Positions 48,277 to 61,443 of a stretch of 64,000 nt of DNA are shown in pieces; positions within the stretch are counted from its first letter, which is position 1; each line of letters starts with the position of its first letter. The stretch comes from Anthoceros angustus. Taxonomy: Eukaryota > Plantae > Anthocerotophyta. The stretch is taken from positions 806,001-870,000 of the forward strand of contig MU008183.1 of assembly GCA_010909165.1 (NCBI GenBank), given 5' to 3'. A program made the position numbers and the translations under genes. The notes beneath the pieces were generated by a model. The model saw only the letters and a program-made list of their open reading frames with translations, was not told where the DNA came from and did not search any database.

Positions 48277-49092
48277 ATGGAGAGAAGAAGGGCCACAAGG
48301 ATCCCGATGGAGTTTGTCGAAGCTGCTTTGAGCAACGCTACAACCAAAGAGGTCCGGATGCACAATGGGCCCAAATGTTCTGAGTCTCTTGTGAGCGGCG
48401 GCAAAGTGGTACGAGAATATCTTGCCTCTTCCACACCTCCAGCCACCTTTGAAGTCTTGAAGAGGGCTTTTTGCGAAAGGTTTAGGGGAGTTGATGTGGA
48501 GGGATATGTCTTGTCCAAACTCGAGGGATTGCGGAGGGGGAAGAAGGAGACACTGCAGGCTTATGTGGAAAGGTTCCACAGCCTGCGTGATCGTGCTGGT
48601 CCTCACTCGGAGTTAATGGCAATCCGTTGGTTCGCAAGAGGTCTGGGCACGGAGATGGGAAAACACGTATGTCTCCAAGCTGAGAAAGACTTGGATCGAG
48701 CGATTAAGGCCGCCTTCAACTACGAGGAGTCCAACGCAGAAGGGCAAAAGAAAATGAAGAAGGGTGCACGGAAGGACAAGAGGAAATCCAGGAAGAAGAA
48801 GAAGTACTCCACATCCTCCGATGACAATTCCACGGAGGAAGATAGCTCCTCAGCAGACTACTCGGACAGTTCCACGAAAGAGGATGCCAGTGATAGCTCA
48901 GAGGAAGATTCGTCAGGAGATGAGCGCGGCCGAAGGGACAAAAAGAAAGAAACGAAAAATGATTGGGAACGAAGACGTCGCGCCCGAGGAAAGGAGCTGG
49001 TATACGCCAAAAAGGACGCGGAGCAGGTGAGAAGAGAGGTGGAAACAATACCAAAAAGGTGGAGCAACAGGGGAACAAAATGGAAGAAATGA
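48277..49092 (+). CDS. Gypsy W gag (partial duplicate at ~50260-51050)
   Basis: FEVLKRAFCERF..VLSKLEGLRRGKKETLQAYVERF..WFARGL, followed by a Ser/Asp/Lys-rich linker. Confidence 0.8.
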   Translation: MERRRATRIPMEFVEAALSNATTKEVRMHNGPKCSESLVSGGKVVREYLASSTPPATFEVLKRAFCERFRGVDVEGYVLSKLEGLRRGKKETLQAYVERFHSLRDRAGPHSELMAIRWFARGLGTEMGKHVCLQAEKDLDRAIKAAFNYEESNAEGQKKMKKGARKDKRKSRKKKKYSTSSDDNSTEEDSSSADYSDSSTKEDASDSSEEDSSGDERGRRDKKKETKNDWERRRRARGKELVYAKKDAEQVRREVETIPKRWSNRGTKWKK

Positions 49093-51146
49093 TGGCCAAA
49101 CTAGAAATTTCATCTCAATGCCATAAAAACACGATAGAAGAAGGGTCACACTTTCTGAGCGGTAGATCTCTTCCGCTCAACTTGCGGACAGGCGGACACT
49201 CAAGTCCGTTAGAGCATAAAGCACGTTACTTAGGGTTATGTTATGTTATGTTATGTTAATTAGGGTTATATATCCAAAGGTCACTTAGTGAAGGGTTGAG
49301 AAGGAGAATTAATTGAGAGGCTAATAAAGGAATTTGCGCGATCAAAGAGGATCCAAACCGGTCATGAGGGAAGTGTGCTGCTGGAAATAACATTTCCATG
49401 TGGAGTCGTGTGAGTGGAGTTTTGGCGCAAGAGGAGCGTGGAAAGGATCTATGGAAACCCAACCTCTTAGGAGCGCGAGGGTCAGCCGCGGTAGCTCGGA
49501 GGTGAAGGTGGTAGAACGAGAACCATGGTTGTAGAATAAGACGGTGGTCGAGAACAAGATCGTGTGGTAGCTAGACAAGTCGGGAGTAGGATGAGCGATA
49601 GACAAGAAGAGCGTACGAAGTAAGTCATGATTTAGGCAAAGGTCAATAGTGATAGGAGATAGCGCCTCTGGCACAAACCATTCCCTTGGGAGCGAATCCT
49701 AGGCCTACAACGACATTGAGGGTGAATGTGGACCCCATGGTGTCTCTAGACACGTTGCCACTCTACATTTTGGCACCGCTGTCGGGAATGAAATCCACAA
49801 GGACGAGGTGAACCAACCATAGCCTCAAGTAGAGGGTCTAGATATTAATAGATTGATAGATGGATGCCTCGGGGAAGATAAGTGACTGGGCCCGACTGCG
49901 GGGGAAACGCCTTAACAAGGCGACAACGCAAGCAATTGAAAGGTCTCGTAGAGTCACAAGGAGGGAGCAATGGGAGGCCACACTGGACAAGGAGGAGGAC
50001 GCAAGAGCCGGAAATCAAGGGGCCGGATCAGATTCGAGCCAGCCTCCCAACTCCTGGCTACTAAGAGGCATAAGGGCTCAGTACCCCAACCCGAACCTCG
50101 CCGATCCCCTGCTCCATTGCCTCTACCTACTCAAATCGAACTTTGTGGGAGAGTGGAAGCTAGACGGGTAGTGGTGTCTGCCATCACTGGCCGAGAGTAC
50201 TACCACGTAGCTATGACCACTACTCCGGTAGTTGTTACCACTACAAACCCATACCCACCGATGGAGAGAAGAAGGGCCACAAGGATCCCAAGGAGTTTGT
50301 CGAGCTGCTTTGAGCAGCACGCTACAACCAGAGGTCCGGATGCACAATGGGCCCAAATTGCCTACGTAGTCTGCGGAGCAAATGCAAGTGGTACAAACGA
50401 GAATATCTTGCTCTTCCACACCTCCACCCACCTTGAAGTCTTGAAGAGGGCTTTTAAAGGTTTAGGGGAGTTGATGTGGAGGATATGTCTTGTCCAAACT
50501 CGAGGGATTGTGAGGGGAAGAAGGAGACATCGCAGCTTATGTGGAAAGGTTCCACACCGCGTGATCGTGCCGGGTCCTCACTCGAGTTAATGGCAATCCG
50601 CTTGTCTGCAAGAGGTCCGGGCACGAGATGGAAAACACGTATGTCTCCAAGTCGAGAAAGACTTGGATCGAGCGACAAGGGGCCGCTTCAACTACGAGGA
50701 GTCCAACGCAAGGGCAAAAGAAAATGAAGAAGGTGCACTAAGGACAAGAGGAAATCCAGGAAGAAGAAGAAGTACTCCACATCCTCCGATGACAATTCCA
50801 CGGAAGATAGCTCTCACAGACTACCTTGACAGTTCCACGAAGAGGATGCAAGATAGCTCAGAGGAAGATTCAGAGATGAGCGTCAAGGGACAAAAAGAAA
50901 GAAACGAAAATGATTGGGAACGAAGACGTCACATGAGGAAAGGAGTGTATACGCCAAAAAGGACGCGAGTGTGTGAGAAGAGAGGTGGAAACAAACCAAA
51001 AAGGTGGAGCAAATAGGGGAACAAAATGGAAGAAATGATGGCCAAACTAGAGAAATTTCATCTCAATGCCATAAAAGAGCACGATAGAAGAAGGGTCACA
51101 TGGAGGATCGGCGACTCGCTCAACTTATGCGCAGGACACTCAAGTC

Positions 51147-54100
51147 CGTTAGAGCATAAGCTAATAAGTTGCTTAGGGTTATGTTATGTTATGTTATGTT
51201 AATTAGGGTTATATATCCAAAGGTCACTTAGTGAAGGGTTGCTTAGTTTATAAGACCAACACTTATTCAATATTTTGTATTCATTGTATATTCTCAATTT
51301 GATATATGCTTCTGTTCTCTTGCACACCGAACATGGTTCTACCCGATCATGGTATCAGAGCTCAGCTCTTGACGTTCACCTAGAGACAATGACCAGATCC
51401 GGCGCAACCACAAGATGGCGACTACGACTACGTTGCCATCGTGACATCACAATGATTGAATCGGAGAGTGTAGATAAGCTCCGATCTCAATCTAAGATCC
51501 TATGTAATTCTCACAAGAATTGCACGAGAAATTGAAGTATATTTATTAAAGGTCGATATGGTTCCGGAAGAGCACAGATTTCAGCAAGAAAATCCCATGC
51601 TTATTTTGTAAATAATCGGGAGTTTCGCCCAGTCAGCCCCGCACACAATTGTCGAAATAATAATTATGAGAAAATGCTGAGGAAATTATGACAGCACTTC
51701 TAAATTCCTAATTCTAAAAATGCCTTCTCAAAGGCGATCCGACAGGGTGAATAGACCTGCAAACGATGTAAACAAAGGCCATCCATTTCTGAGATTTCGA
51801 GGAAGGCGACGGCCCTATCTACACCCCAGCAGATCTGAGACGAGAAGAGTACCAAGAAATTGCAACATTGTTTCAGACAATTCTCCAAGATCACCGAGAT
51901 TCTTGGAGCATACAGATTAAGTGGATCGACTTGCCAAAGATAGAAGAAATCTCGCCGAGGCTCCTTGCCGATGTGGTTTAAATGTGCATGCGACATACAA
52001 GTAATCAACAGGATAGATTCCTTTTCAACAGAAACCAACGGACGACTGGAAACGCTCACCCAAGAGCTCTCTCATCTGCTGGAAGTTGTATGCAGTCTGA
52101 ATCGTCGAGACACAACAATCTCTGCTGTGCAACCTGCTGTTGCATTGTATTTGCCTACTCTGCTTCCTAATCCTGCGAGTCAGGACACAGAAAAGTGATC
52201 AATTTCCTGCAGCAGGAGCCAGTGGCAGCCCAGATGCCAAGCGGTGTAATCGATGGCTTTTCACAGGAAGAGGTGCCTCCAGGCAACGCACCTTTCCTGC
52301 CCCCGTGACACCTCGCCAACATCAACCGTCACACGGCTGGTTAGTTAGGGTTTCTTTCAAAATTCATGAAAAGAAAACTAACAGCTAGAGTAACGTTTCA
52401 TGCTTACCGTTTCGTTTTGACTTGAACAGTCTCATATAGAATGCCTGTAGGCTAGTTCAACTGTTGGTTCTTGTCCACACGCATGTCAGACAGTTCATCT
52501 ACATCTCACGAGAATGGTGATACTTTGCTCCTTAGCAGCTCTAGCTCAAAATGCATCTTCGTGGATCCTCTTGTCGATCTCCTGCATGCCAGCTCACACT
52601 TAGTATAGTGCCCGTCTGGCTCGCATAATGGGAGCTATCCCACCTCCTCCTCCTCCTCCTGGCTACAATAGCCCAACTTTCACATCTGAATTGAAAGAAA
52701 AGGACAGGTTCAATGGGCATAAGTACGAAGTCTGGAGAGTTAGAATGAAATCTACATTGCTAGCCAGAGGTGTCTGGGGCATAGTGGATGGATCTATCCC
52801 TGAACCTGATCCCTCAAAGACTAAGGGAGAGAAGGATAAATGGGCTCATGCCAATGGTATATCCATTGCACTCCTAGTAGGTGGTCTTACAGAAGACATG
52901 ATTCCTGCAATCGAGTTTCTCACAAAAGCAAGTGAGATATGGAAACAGCTGTCCAACCAATACGAAGTAAGAAATGTTCTTACCTTATGTGCACTAAGAC
53001 AGGAATTCTATGGACTGAAAATGAGGGAAGGAGATAAGGTACTTGCTCACACCAGCAAGCTCCGACATCTCCGTGCACAGCTAGCTGCTGTTGGAACTGT
53101 AATGGACGAAGTTGACGTCATTGCACAGCTCCTAACGAGTCTCCCTCCTAGTTATCAGAACTTTGTCTCCGCACATAATGTCCCCATCCGGCAGGCTCAG
53201 GCTGCTGGTAAAACATCAACTCTCACCTTAGACGAGGTGATTGGTGCCCTGTTCTAGGAAGAGCAGAGCAGACTCATGTCAGGGTCTGGGTCAAAGTCCA
53301 AAGCTGACAGAGTACTACTGCTTTCCGTGGTAGACCAGAAGTAGGGCGTTAAGGACAAAGACCACAATCAAAGCTCGCGCAATGAAGCGGGATCCTCTAA
53401 TTCCAATTCAACCAAGCATACAGGTACGTGTAATTGGTGTGGAACCCCTGGCCATTGGGCTCGTGATTGTCGAAAGAAGAAAGCTGGTGAGCCTCAAAGG
53501 CCTCCTAGATCTGCAGCCACAGCAACTGTTAAAGACAAAACTGGTGATACAAGTAAGCCAGTAGTCAAGATCCTCACAGTATGCTTGTTTACCTCTACTG
53601 GAGACAAGACAGCATGGTACCTGGATTCCGGTGCCACCTCTCACATCTGTAGAGATGTATCCTTGTTCAGTTCCCTAGTGTATTCCACCACTGTTGACAG
53701 GGTATACCTAGGTGATGAACAAAAAGTCACAAGCCTGCAGATCCAAGGCCAAGGATGCTGCGATTTTCGCTTGAGTGATGAAACAATACTGACTCTCACA
53801 GATGTGCTTTTCGTGCCACACATGGCTAAAACCTCTGCCTTGAGCAGCATCAAGCTCAAGACTTTTGAGCTCACCGAGGATGACCGCCATTGTTTCTCCA
53901 GAAAGATTCACCAGCCACTTGTGTCTTCAAGGCTATACCGGATCACGATCTATATCGTCTAGACATCATCTGTCTACCTGGTCACAAGAACAAGGCATAC
54001 TCAGCAAGTGTCGGCAACCTTACAACTAAGCAGCAATCTGTCCTATGGCATGCTCGTTTGGGGCATGTCATCAGTGGCCACAATGGTCGCTATGTCAAAG

Positions 54101-57100
54101 TCAAACCTTTTAGGAATCCTTACCACCTGGTTTGAAGGAACGCCACTGCGTGAGACCTCGTGTTGCTAAGGAGCAACCTTCTTCGCTTCCCGCCTGTGTC
54201 TTCACAACCGCCGGACCTTGTTCACTCGACATCTCCGCCGCTCTGTGTTCCGCCACTTGAGGCGTAATATTACTTGACCATTACCGATGACTATAGCCGA
54301 TATACATGGACTTTTCCCATGAAACGCAAGAATGAAACTTTTGCGTTGTTCTAGGACTGGTTGCTCCTGGTCCAGCGGTAGACAGGCCTTCTCCTTAAGA
54401 TCTTTCGATCTGATAATGGGACAGAGTTTGTCAACCACTTGTTTACCAACTACCTGGCAGAACAAGGCATTATTCATCAGCTAATAGTCCCTTACACGCA
54501 GCAGCAGAATGGAGTTGCTGAACGGAAAAACCAAACACTGATGAGCATGACTCGAGCTATGTTATTATGGGCGTGCTTACCTTCTTCCTATTAGTCGAAA
54601 GTGACCTCATACATCAATGACCGCCCACTAGCTCCCTTGCTTCGCCACACCTTTTGAGCTTGCTTGGAAACGGAAGCCAAGTCTCCTTCACCTCGTGATT
54701 TTTGGATCCAAGGCTTATGCTTACATCCCTGCAGAAGCGCAGAAGTTAGACAATCACCGCTTAACATTTATTGGTTACAGTGAGCACGTGAAAGCATACA
54801 AGCTGCTTGATCCAACATCACGACAATTGGTTCTAGCAAGAAGCGTTACCTTTGTAGAACCACTTCAACCTCGCTGATGTGAAGAGTAGACCGTCTTTAA
54901 CCGCCAATGGTGTTGATGATGAGCTTGATGAACCTACCGGATTGTTTTCCTTCTACCCTGATGACGCTGATGCTGAACCACACGTAGCAAGAGACATGGC
55001 AGATCCACCTCCAGATCCACCTGCACTCCCAAAGTGACTGATGCTGCCCGACCAACAGGAGCTTGCACCACTGTCAGATGTTGAGGATGATCTAGATGTA
55101 CATGACCAAGCAAAGGAGGCACAACAATATGTTTTCGAAGAGGCTGGCCAACCTGTAGATGAAGATGTTGGGCATGAGGTTGCCGACATCCTCATCCGTG
55201 CTATTGCCCTCCGGGGATGATGATGCCGCCCACGACGATCCGCCGCCATGCACCTCCACCTTCGAGTGGAAGGAACCACGATACGTACCCATTGATTTCC
55301 GCCATCATGGTGTTATATCTCCTGCTCCACAGAACCTATTAGTCTTACAGAAGCTTTCACTGGACCAGACAAGGAGAAATGGAAATTCGCAGTAGACGAC
55401 GAATATAACAGCCTGATCAAAAACGGAACATGGAAGCTGGTTCCTAGGCCAGCCAATAGAAAACCTATTACTTGTAAGTGGGTGTTCAAGCACAAACTCA
55501 ATGCAGAGGGCAAAATAGCAAGGTACAAAGCACGTTTGTGTGCTCTTTCACGCAAATTGTGCTTGGACCATCGTGGAGACATTCTCTCGTAGTTCGTGCA
55601 CAACCCTTAGGTCGATATTTGCTCTAGCTGAGCATGATCTCGAATCGCAGGCATGGATGTCTCGTGACCGCTCCATGGCATCCTTGAGGAAGAGCTGTTT
55701 ATGGAACAGCCTGAAGGATATGCTGATCCTGCACATCCCGATTACGTGTGTCAGTTAATCAAATGCCTATATGGGTCAAGCAAAGTGCGTAACCGTATAA
55801 GCGTTGTGACAAGGCTCAAAGGCCTTGGATTTCGCCAATACAGACTCAAAACGTGTGCGCAGCGAAAAGGGATACTTACGTGATTCTTGCCCTTTATGTA
55901 GACGACGTGATACTTGCCCAACGACACGTCCCTCGCCACACGTTAAGGATATGTTAAGGAAACATTGAGATGACCGGTTGAGACCTCCTATTCTCGCCTT
56001 GGTATTCGTGTTAAGGATCCGCCTGAGGATCGCTCATAATACACCAAAGATAAATACATTACGGTAAATTCACAAGTTCAACATGCACATCCACCGCTCC
56101 CGTGAGGGTGTCAAGCTCACGAGATATGAATGCCACGACCGGCGACACCGAAATGCGGACGCTTCCATATTGTCACTGGGTAGTCTAATCTTTGTTAGTA
56201 ATCGACACGACCCGACATCCAAGATTGCCAAGACTGCTTGTTCTTAGAGCACCGGCCGCATCGGACGGCTGAAAAGAATATTTCGATATCCGAAAGGGAC
56301 TCACCACATAGGCCTATGCTACAGAGCAAGTGGTAAGAGGCACTTATCTTTGCAAGGGTTCACCGATGTCGACGGCGATAGCGACTAAAAAGTCTCTCCG
56401 CGTATACTTTCCTCTTGTCCTGCTATCAATCGGAGTCGCAAGAAGGCATCAAGATAGCCCTCTCAAAGACCGAGGTGAATATAAGTCTCTTACAGATGCC
56501 ACAAAGGAAGTTGAATGGGCGAGCTTGAAGGATATAGGAGAGGCATGGATGGTCCCACTAACCTCTTTGTGACAACCACCGCGATCGCCTTGGTAGCTAA
56601 CCCCGCCTCCATGCACGGACAAAACACATCGAGATCCACCACCATTATGTTAGGGATGTGAGAGAGGAATTGTTAAGATCCTTTATGTTCCTACAGATGG
56701 CAACACGACATCCTAACAAAGGCCTTGCCCAAAGACAAGCATCAAACATATGGAAGGCCTTGACTTAATTGACGATTTCAAAGCACGTTGAGAGGGGCCT
56801 TACGGGTGAGGACCTAGTCCTCGATGTTGTTGTTACAGCTTGTTTTCGCTTCACTGGTGTCCCTGTCATTACATGCAACATGGGATGTGGAGGTTACACG
56901 GCGTGCTCGGTAGCAACCAATCGTTAAGCAACGAATGTAGATTCTACCGCAGCAGTGGATGAAGCTCCACGTTTTTGAACCGACCCGGACGATCACCACC
57001 TCTCTCTCCGCCTTGAGCAAGCGCCTTTTTCGCCGTGAAGTGTTTTGAGCAAGCAGGCGTTATCTCCCACGCCCGCCGGGCGGACGCAGCCTCCTCCACC

Positions 57101-57714
57101 CTCACGGGCCTGCTCCAGCATAATTTAACATCCAGGGAAATCCTCCACCCACCGAGCGTCACACTCGAGCCTGTGAGGCATGCTTCATCCCACTCCCCGT
57201 GGAACAGTCGTGCTTGTTTCTTCCGCCTCTTCCTTTCCTCCCTTGCTCATGCACAGGGCTAGCAGTTTTTCTGTTACCTGCTACGCACTTGGGAGCCATG
57301 GTGGTCAGCAGTTAGCCCCGAGGATTTGCACGCAAGTGTAAATGATTGTGATGAAGGCAGCCAGAAGTCGCCGCGATATTTATGGCCATCCCCGCCACTG
57401 GGCGACAGACAGCACTGATGGCGCTTGTTGGGCGAATCGCCACTCCCTCGCCGCCCGCCTCCTTGTGACTGTCCTTTGGATGCCTTCCTAAGCTCGTACG
57501 CTTAAGGGAGGGTGTTAGAGCATAAGCTTAAAAGTGCTTAGGGTTATGTTATGTTATGTTATGTTAATTAGGGTTATATATCCAAAGGTCACTTAGTGAA
57601 GGGTTGCTTAGTTTATAAGACCAACACTTATTCAATATTTTGTATTCATTGTATATTCTCAATTTGATATATGCTTCTGTTCTCTTGCACACCGAACATG
57701 GTTCTACCCGATCA
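51147..57714 (+). mobile_element. Copia Z: full-length Ty1/copia element with TSD
   Basis: LTRs 51147-51349 and 57513-57714, TSD AAGTC (51142-51146, 57715-57719), PBS TGGTATCAGAGC (51350-51361), PPT AAGGGAGGG. A partial extra LTR copy lies at ~49207-49298. Confidence 0.93.
52628..56790 (+). pseudogene. Copia Z gag-pol, heavily frameshifted
   Basis: gag EKDRFNGHKYEVWRVRM (52628-53257), CNWCGTPGHWARDC, WYLDSGATSHIC, LWHARLGH, FRSDNG.EF, QQNGVAERKN, RT YVDD (~55895), RNase H TKHIEIHHHYVR. Confidence 0.88.
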
Positions 57715-60260
57715 AAGTCGAACTGTCCACAAACGAAGGTGCCACTGCTGGGCTACGAGGAAGACGAGGAGGAGGTGTATTTGGAGGATACATACCAAAT
57801 TCAAGAGGCAACACCGACTTCTAGGTACCCGAAGACCTTATACCCCTCGAATTTACGAAACCCCGCTGGTATGGGCATTCGCAATCAGATGGCAAGGAAC
57901 CCCGGGCAAATGAGTGCCATTCAGTGTTACAATTGCCGAGGGTTCGCATCTCGCCAAAGAACGCCCCTCCGTGCATCTCGCTGGAATGGTGATTTTGAGA
58001 GGCTATGTGGATTGCAAGCAATGGGGACGGTGCGGTGTCCTTTGTCGACGAAAAACAGTGAGAATTGCTCAACCCCTATACAGAACCCACCCACCTATGC
58101 GCAAAATCTTAAATGATGCAAGTCAAAGATGCGCTCATGGCGGTATGGGAGGATTCCGAGGCCAACATGCTGAGAAGTTTGGAGGGATTGGAGGACATGG
58201 ACAGCGGGTACTATGAGGAGACCCCCGTCATGGCTGTTCGAACGCGGAGCAAAATGCGGAAGGCAGACACCCTGAGAAGGGGAGAACGGGGAAGAAAAGA
58301 AAGAAGGAGGATTGGAAACCTCCGTAACATCTGTGAGTGAGGAGGAAGTCACGTCTTCATCGCGAAGAAGGACGGGAGGAATGTATAACCCATGAGGGGC
58401 TGGAGGGGCCAAGCAACTGAGGGTGAGCGCGACCGCAGATGGGCCGGGAACGCACCACAGCAAATTTTGGCGGTGTACGACTCGACTTCCTTAGCCGACC
58501 TGGATTCGAGGGATGACGCGGGAAGGAGGAGTCGAAGGGGTAGAACCGAGTCGCAGATTCGCGAAAACCGCGGGGAAAAAGATGAGTTGGCATTTCCCGG
58601 ATGTTAGAAAGGAAGTTATGGAGATGATCCGAGAGGAACTGGAAGACCACGCACTGTCACACTCCCACTACCGTTTCCACCAAAACCGCCATCGGCCATC
58701 TTGTTTCAACGATCATGACAACCGAGGGAGCTACCAGCTGAAAGTGAGTGGTGCAGCACGAGGAGGGGAGAACGGGCAAAATGCCCTTTCAACTGGGCGA
58801 AGGCCATCATGGACCAAAAGTTCATGATATCATTTGGACTTCTCGAGACAACCCACTGATCGCCAAAGAACTGTGGGTGGGCCCTAAAAGCAACCCCAAG
58901 AAGAGGCGGACTCTCCCTACCCCAAGGCCAAGGCCCCTTGTCATGTGAACATGGTGGCTATGGTGGACCAAGGTCCTGAGCTGCAAATAGAAATTTCGGG
59001 ATGTATAATCAAGAACGTACTTTGGATTCAGGGTCCGGGGTCAACATCATGACGGAGGACACCGCCTAAGTCTGGAGATAGACACTCAAGGTGGCCTCGT
59101 CACAAGATGGCACGTAGGGGAGCTAACGGGGTCTTAACCCATATAGGTACCATCTGCCTTATGGACTATATGGTCATCAAATGTAAAGCCCCGGTATGAC
59201 ATTTTGATTGGCCGAACGTGGATGTATGGGCGCTACCTTCAAGTGGGCAAGAAAGGAAATGGGGTTCAAACCTCGGATTGGGACCCCAAAATTAGAAGGG
59301 AGGATACGTTTGACTTGGAGCCGGACACGAGGGGAGACGCCCACGGAAACAAAAGGATACACCTCTGCAGTAAGACACCTCTAGGGAGGAGGATGAGAAA
59401 GAGTTTGCTCGCACATTTCTTGGTGGATGAAGAGAAGGACTATCGGAGAGACATTCCTCACTCCATCAGCCTAGTGGGTTGTTATGGGGTCAGCTGATCA
59501 GCGTGTGGAAGCAATTAAGAAGGAAGGCAACGTTATGAATGTGATGTGACGCCGCCGAACCAAAGGTGACCCATCCGATCAAACCTCCGAGGAACTTGAG
59601 GAAGGCCGCTGCTTCACCTCGATGATTTGTTTCGGAATGGGAATGCGTGAGGAGAACCATGACCGGAGGAAGGTTCGTGAGTTACATCCGTGCTCGGAAA
59701 GGGAATGGGTGCAAACAGATGAAATCAAAGACGTGGAGGTGCTGCCTGGGAAGGTTCTTAAGTTTTCAAACCGGATGGATGCCGAATTGGAAAAGGGGAT
59801 GAAGCAGCTGCTGGCAGAATTCATTCATGTTTTCGCTTTCGACGTCACGGATATGAAGGGATACCTAAGGAGTGGGGGGAGCACAAAATTGATCTCGAGC
59901 CCTTGAGTCGTTCTCCAGATACCACAATACTGTTTGAATCAAATATTCCCTAAAGGTAAAGGAGCAGCTTGGAGCTTTACCTACGCTGGACATCATCTAC
60001 CCGATTGTATAGTCTACTAAAGCTACGCATCGCCTATCCCTCGTCCACTCATTATAATCGATGGGAAAGAAGATGAAGAAATCTTTTTACTATAGTCTAC
60101 TAAAGACAGATGACTAAAGCTTTATCATGGTTTAGGAGTTAAGAAGACTCGAAGAATTAGGAAGACCCCAGAAACTATTATCAGAAATAGGCTATAATTG
60201 GTGGGAAAGGTGAGTCCAATTACAGCTTGTCATGGCCCAATGTTGAAGTTTACGAGAGAA

Positions 60261-60376
60261 TTTGAAAGAAGCACTATCCCCTATGCATGCGCTTAGGACA
60301 ACCTATCATTTTGGCCGGCTATTTGAAAGAAGCACTATCCCTTAAGCATGCGTAGGGCAAGTCGTCATTTTGGCCG
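60261..60376. repeat. ~61-bp tandem repeat, 2 copies
   Basis: TTTGAAAGAAGCACTATCCC...TCATTTTGGCCG occurs twice. Confidence 0.75.
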
Positions 60377-60739
60377 ACCACTCCCGGACCGGACCAGCCT
60401 ATATTCATGACCCTCGGTTTTAGAGCGGACAGGGACCGGTATTTTTTACGACATTCGATCATCTACATTAAGTACCTGAATGGGACGCGGTCGAAATGGG
60501 TTTAGGTCCTCCCTTCATACATGAGTTCATTGGAACTCCACAATTAAGTGGGCTGAGGACGGATGAGTAGTTGGATGGGGTTTCACCTATTCCCAACTTC
60601 ATGGCCCTACAAACCATCTTATAATCGTGGTGCAAGATCACTTGCCATAAATTTTCGTCCTAAACTTTGCCATAGGACCCATCTCTATAAACTTTGCGCC
60701 TTCGTCTCTACAATGCGGGGCAAATTGTTAGTGTCCTCT

Positions 60740-60890
60740 GGGTTACTCGGATCAAAACCCCATTGCAAGACTTGGATGCATACTTTCAAATATTTAGGCA
60801 TTGCAAGACTTGAATACATACTTTGAAATATTTAGGGTTACTTCGCATCAAAAGCCCATTGTAGGACTTGGATGCATACCTTGAAATATT
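60740..60890. repeat. Short tandem repeats, 3 copies of a ~36-bp core
   Basis: CATTG(C/T)A(A/G)GACTTG(G/A)AT(G/A)CATAC(T/C)TT(C/G)AAATATT occurs three times. Confidence 0.75.
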
Positions 60891-61443
60891 TATTAAATCT
60901 CCGAATTCGTCAAAAAAAACAACTTTGGGGCCTGTCAGAAGTTAGCATGCGGCGGTGGGAACGAGCAGGACATTTTAATAATTCTAAATTAAAAACTCAA
61001 AGAATATTACACTCCAGAACAAAATCTGAATGTGTATCCATTTGGCCTAAGAAATGTGTGCCCCCAATGGCTTAGGCCAAATGAACACACATTTTGAAGA
61101 ACATTGCTGCTAGGCATCCTACGCCGCCATCCCTACTTGGATGGGGTGTCTAGAGGGAATGGATGCCCTTGATGCTAGTAGCTTAGGCACAGCCTTACTA
61201 AGGGGCCCAAGCTACAAGAGGAGGCAGACCCTTACTTCAATTTAGAAGGGGTAGGCTTCAGTCCATGGGATCGGCTTGCTAACTCCCGTGAAACAGATGA
61301 GAGATATACAACGTGGGCCGGGTCTCCTCCGGCCTCATACGTTACTCTGGCAAACTTGGGTGAATGCGCGTGCAGGGATCCTCGCTCACCTCCACAAAGT
61401 AATTCTAATGTACACTCAAGCTTTATGTCCATCAAAGCTAGAA

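Larger units (their letters stand above)
39011..60005 (+). mobile_element. Gypsy W: Athila-like (non-chromovirus OTA-type) element, 3'-truncated, with duplicated blocks, hosting Copia Z
   Basis: Putative LTR start TGTAACCCC (39011; uncertain), LTR end CCACTCTACA followed by an Asp PBS, Retrotrans_gag-type ORF (48277-49092), zinc knuckles (~57920-58050), protease LLDSGSGVNIM..YDILIGR (~59000-59225), and an RT N-terminus that stops at IIYPI (~60005). Confidence 0.75.
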
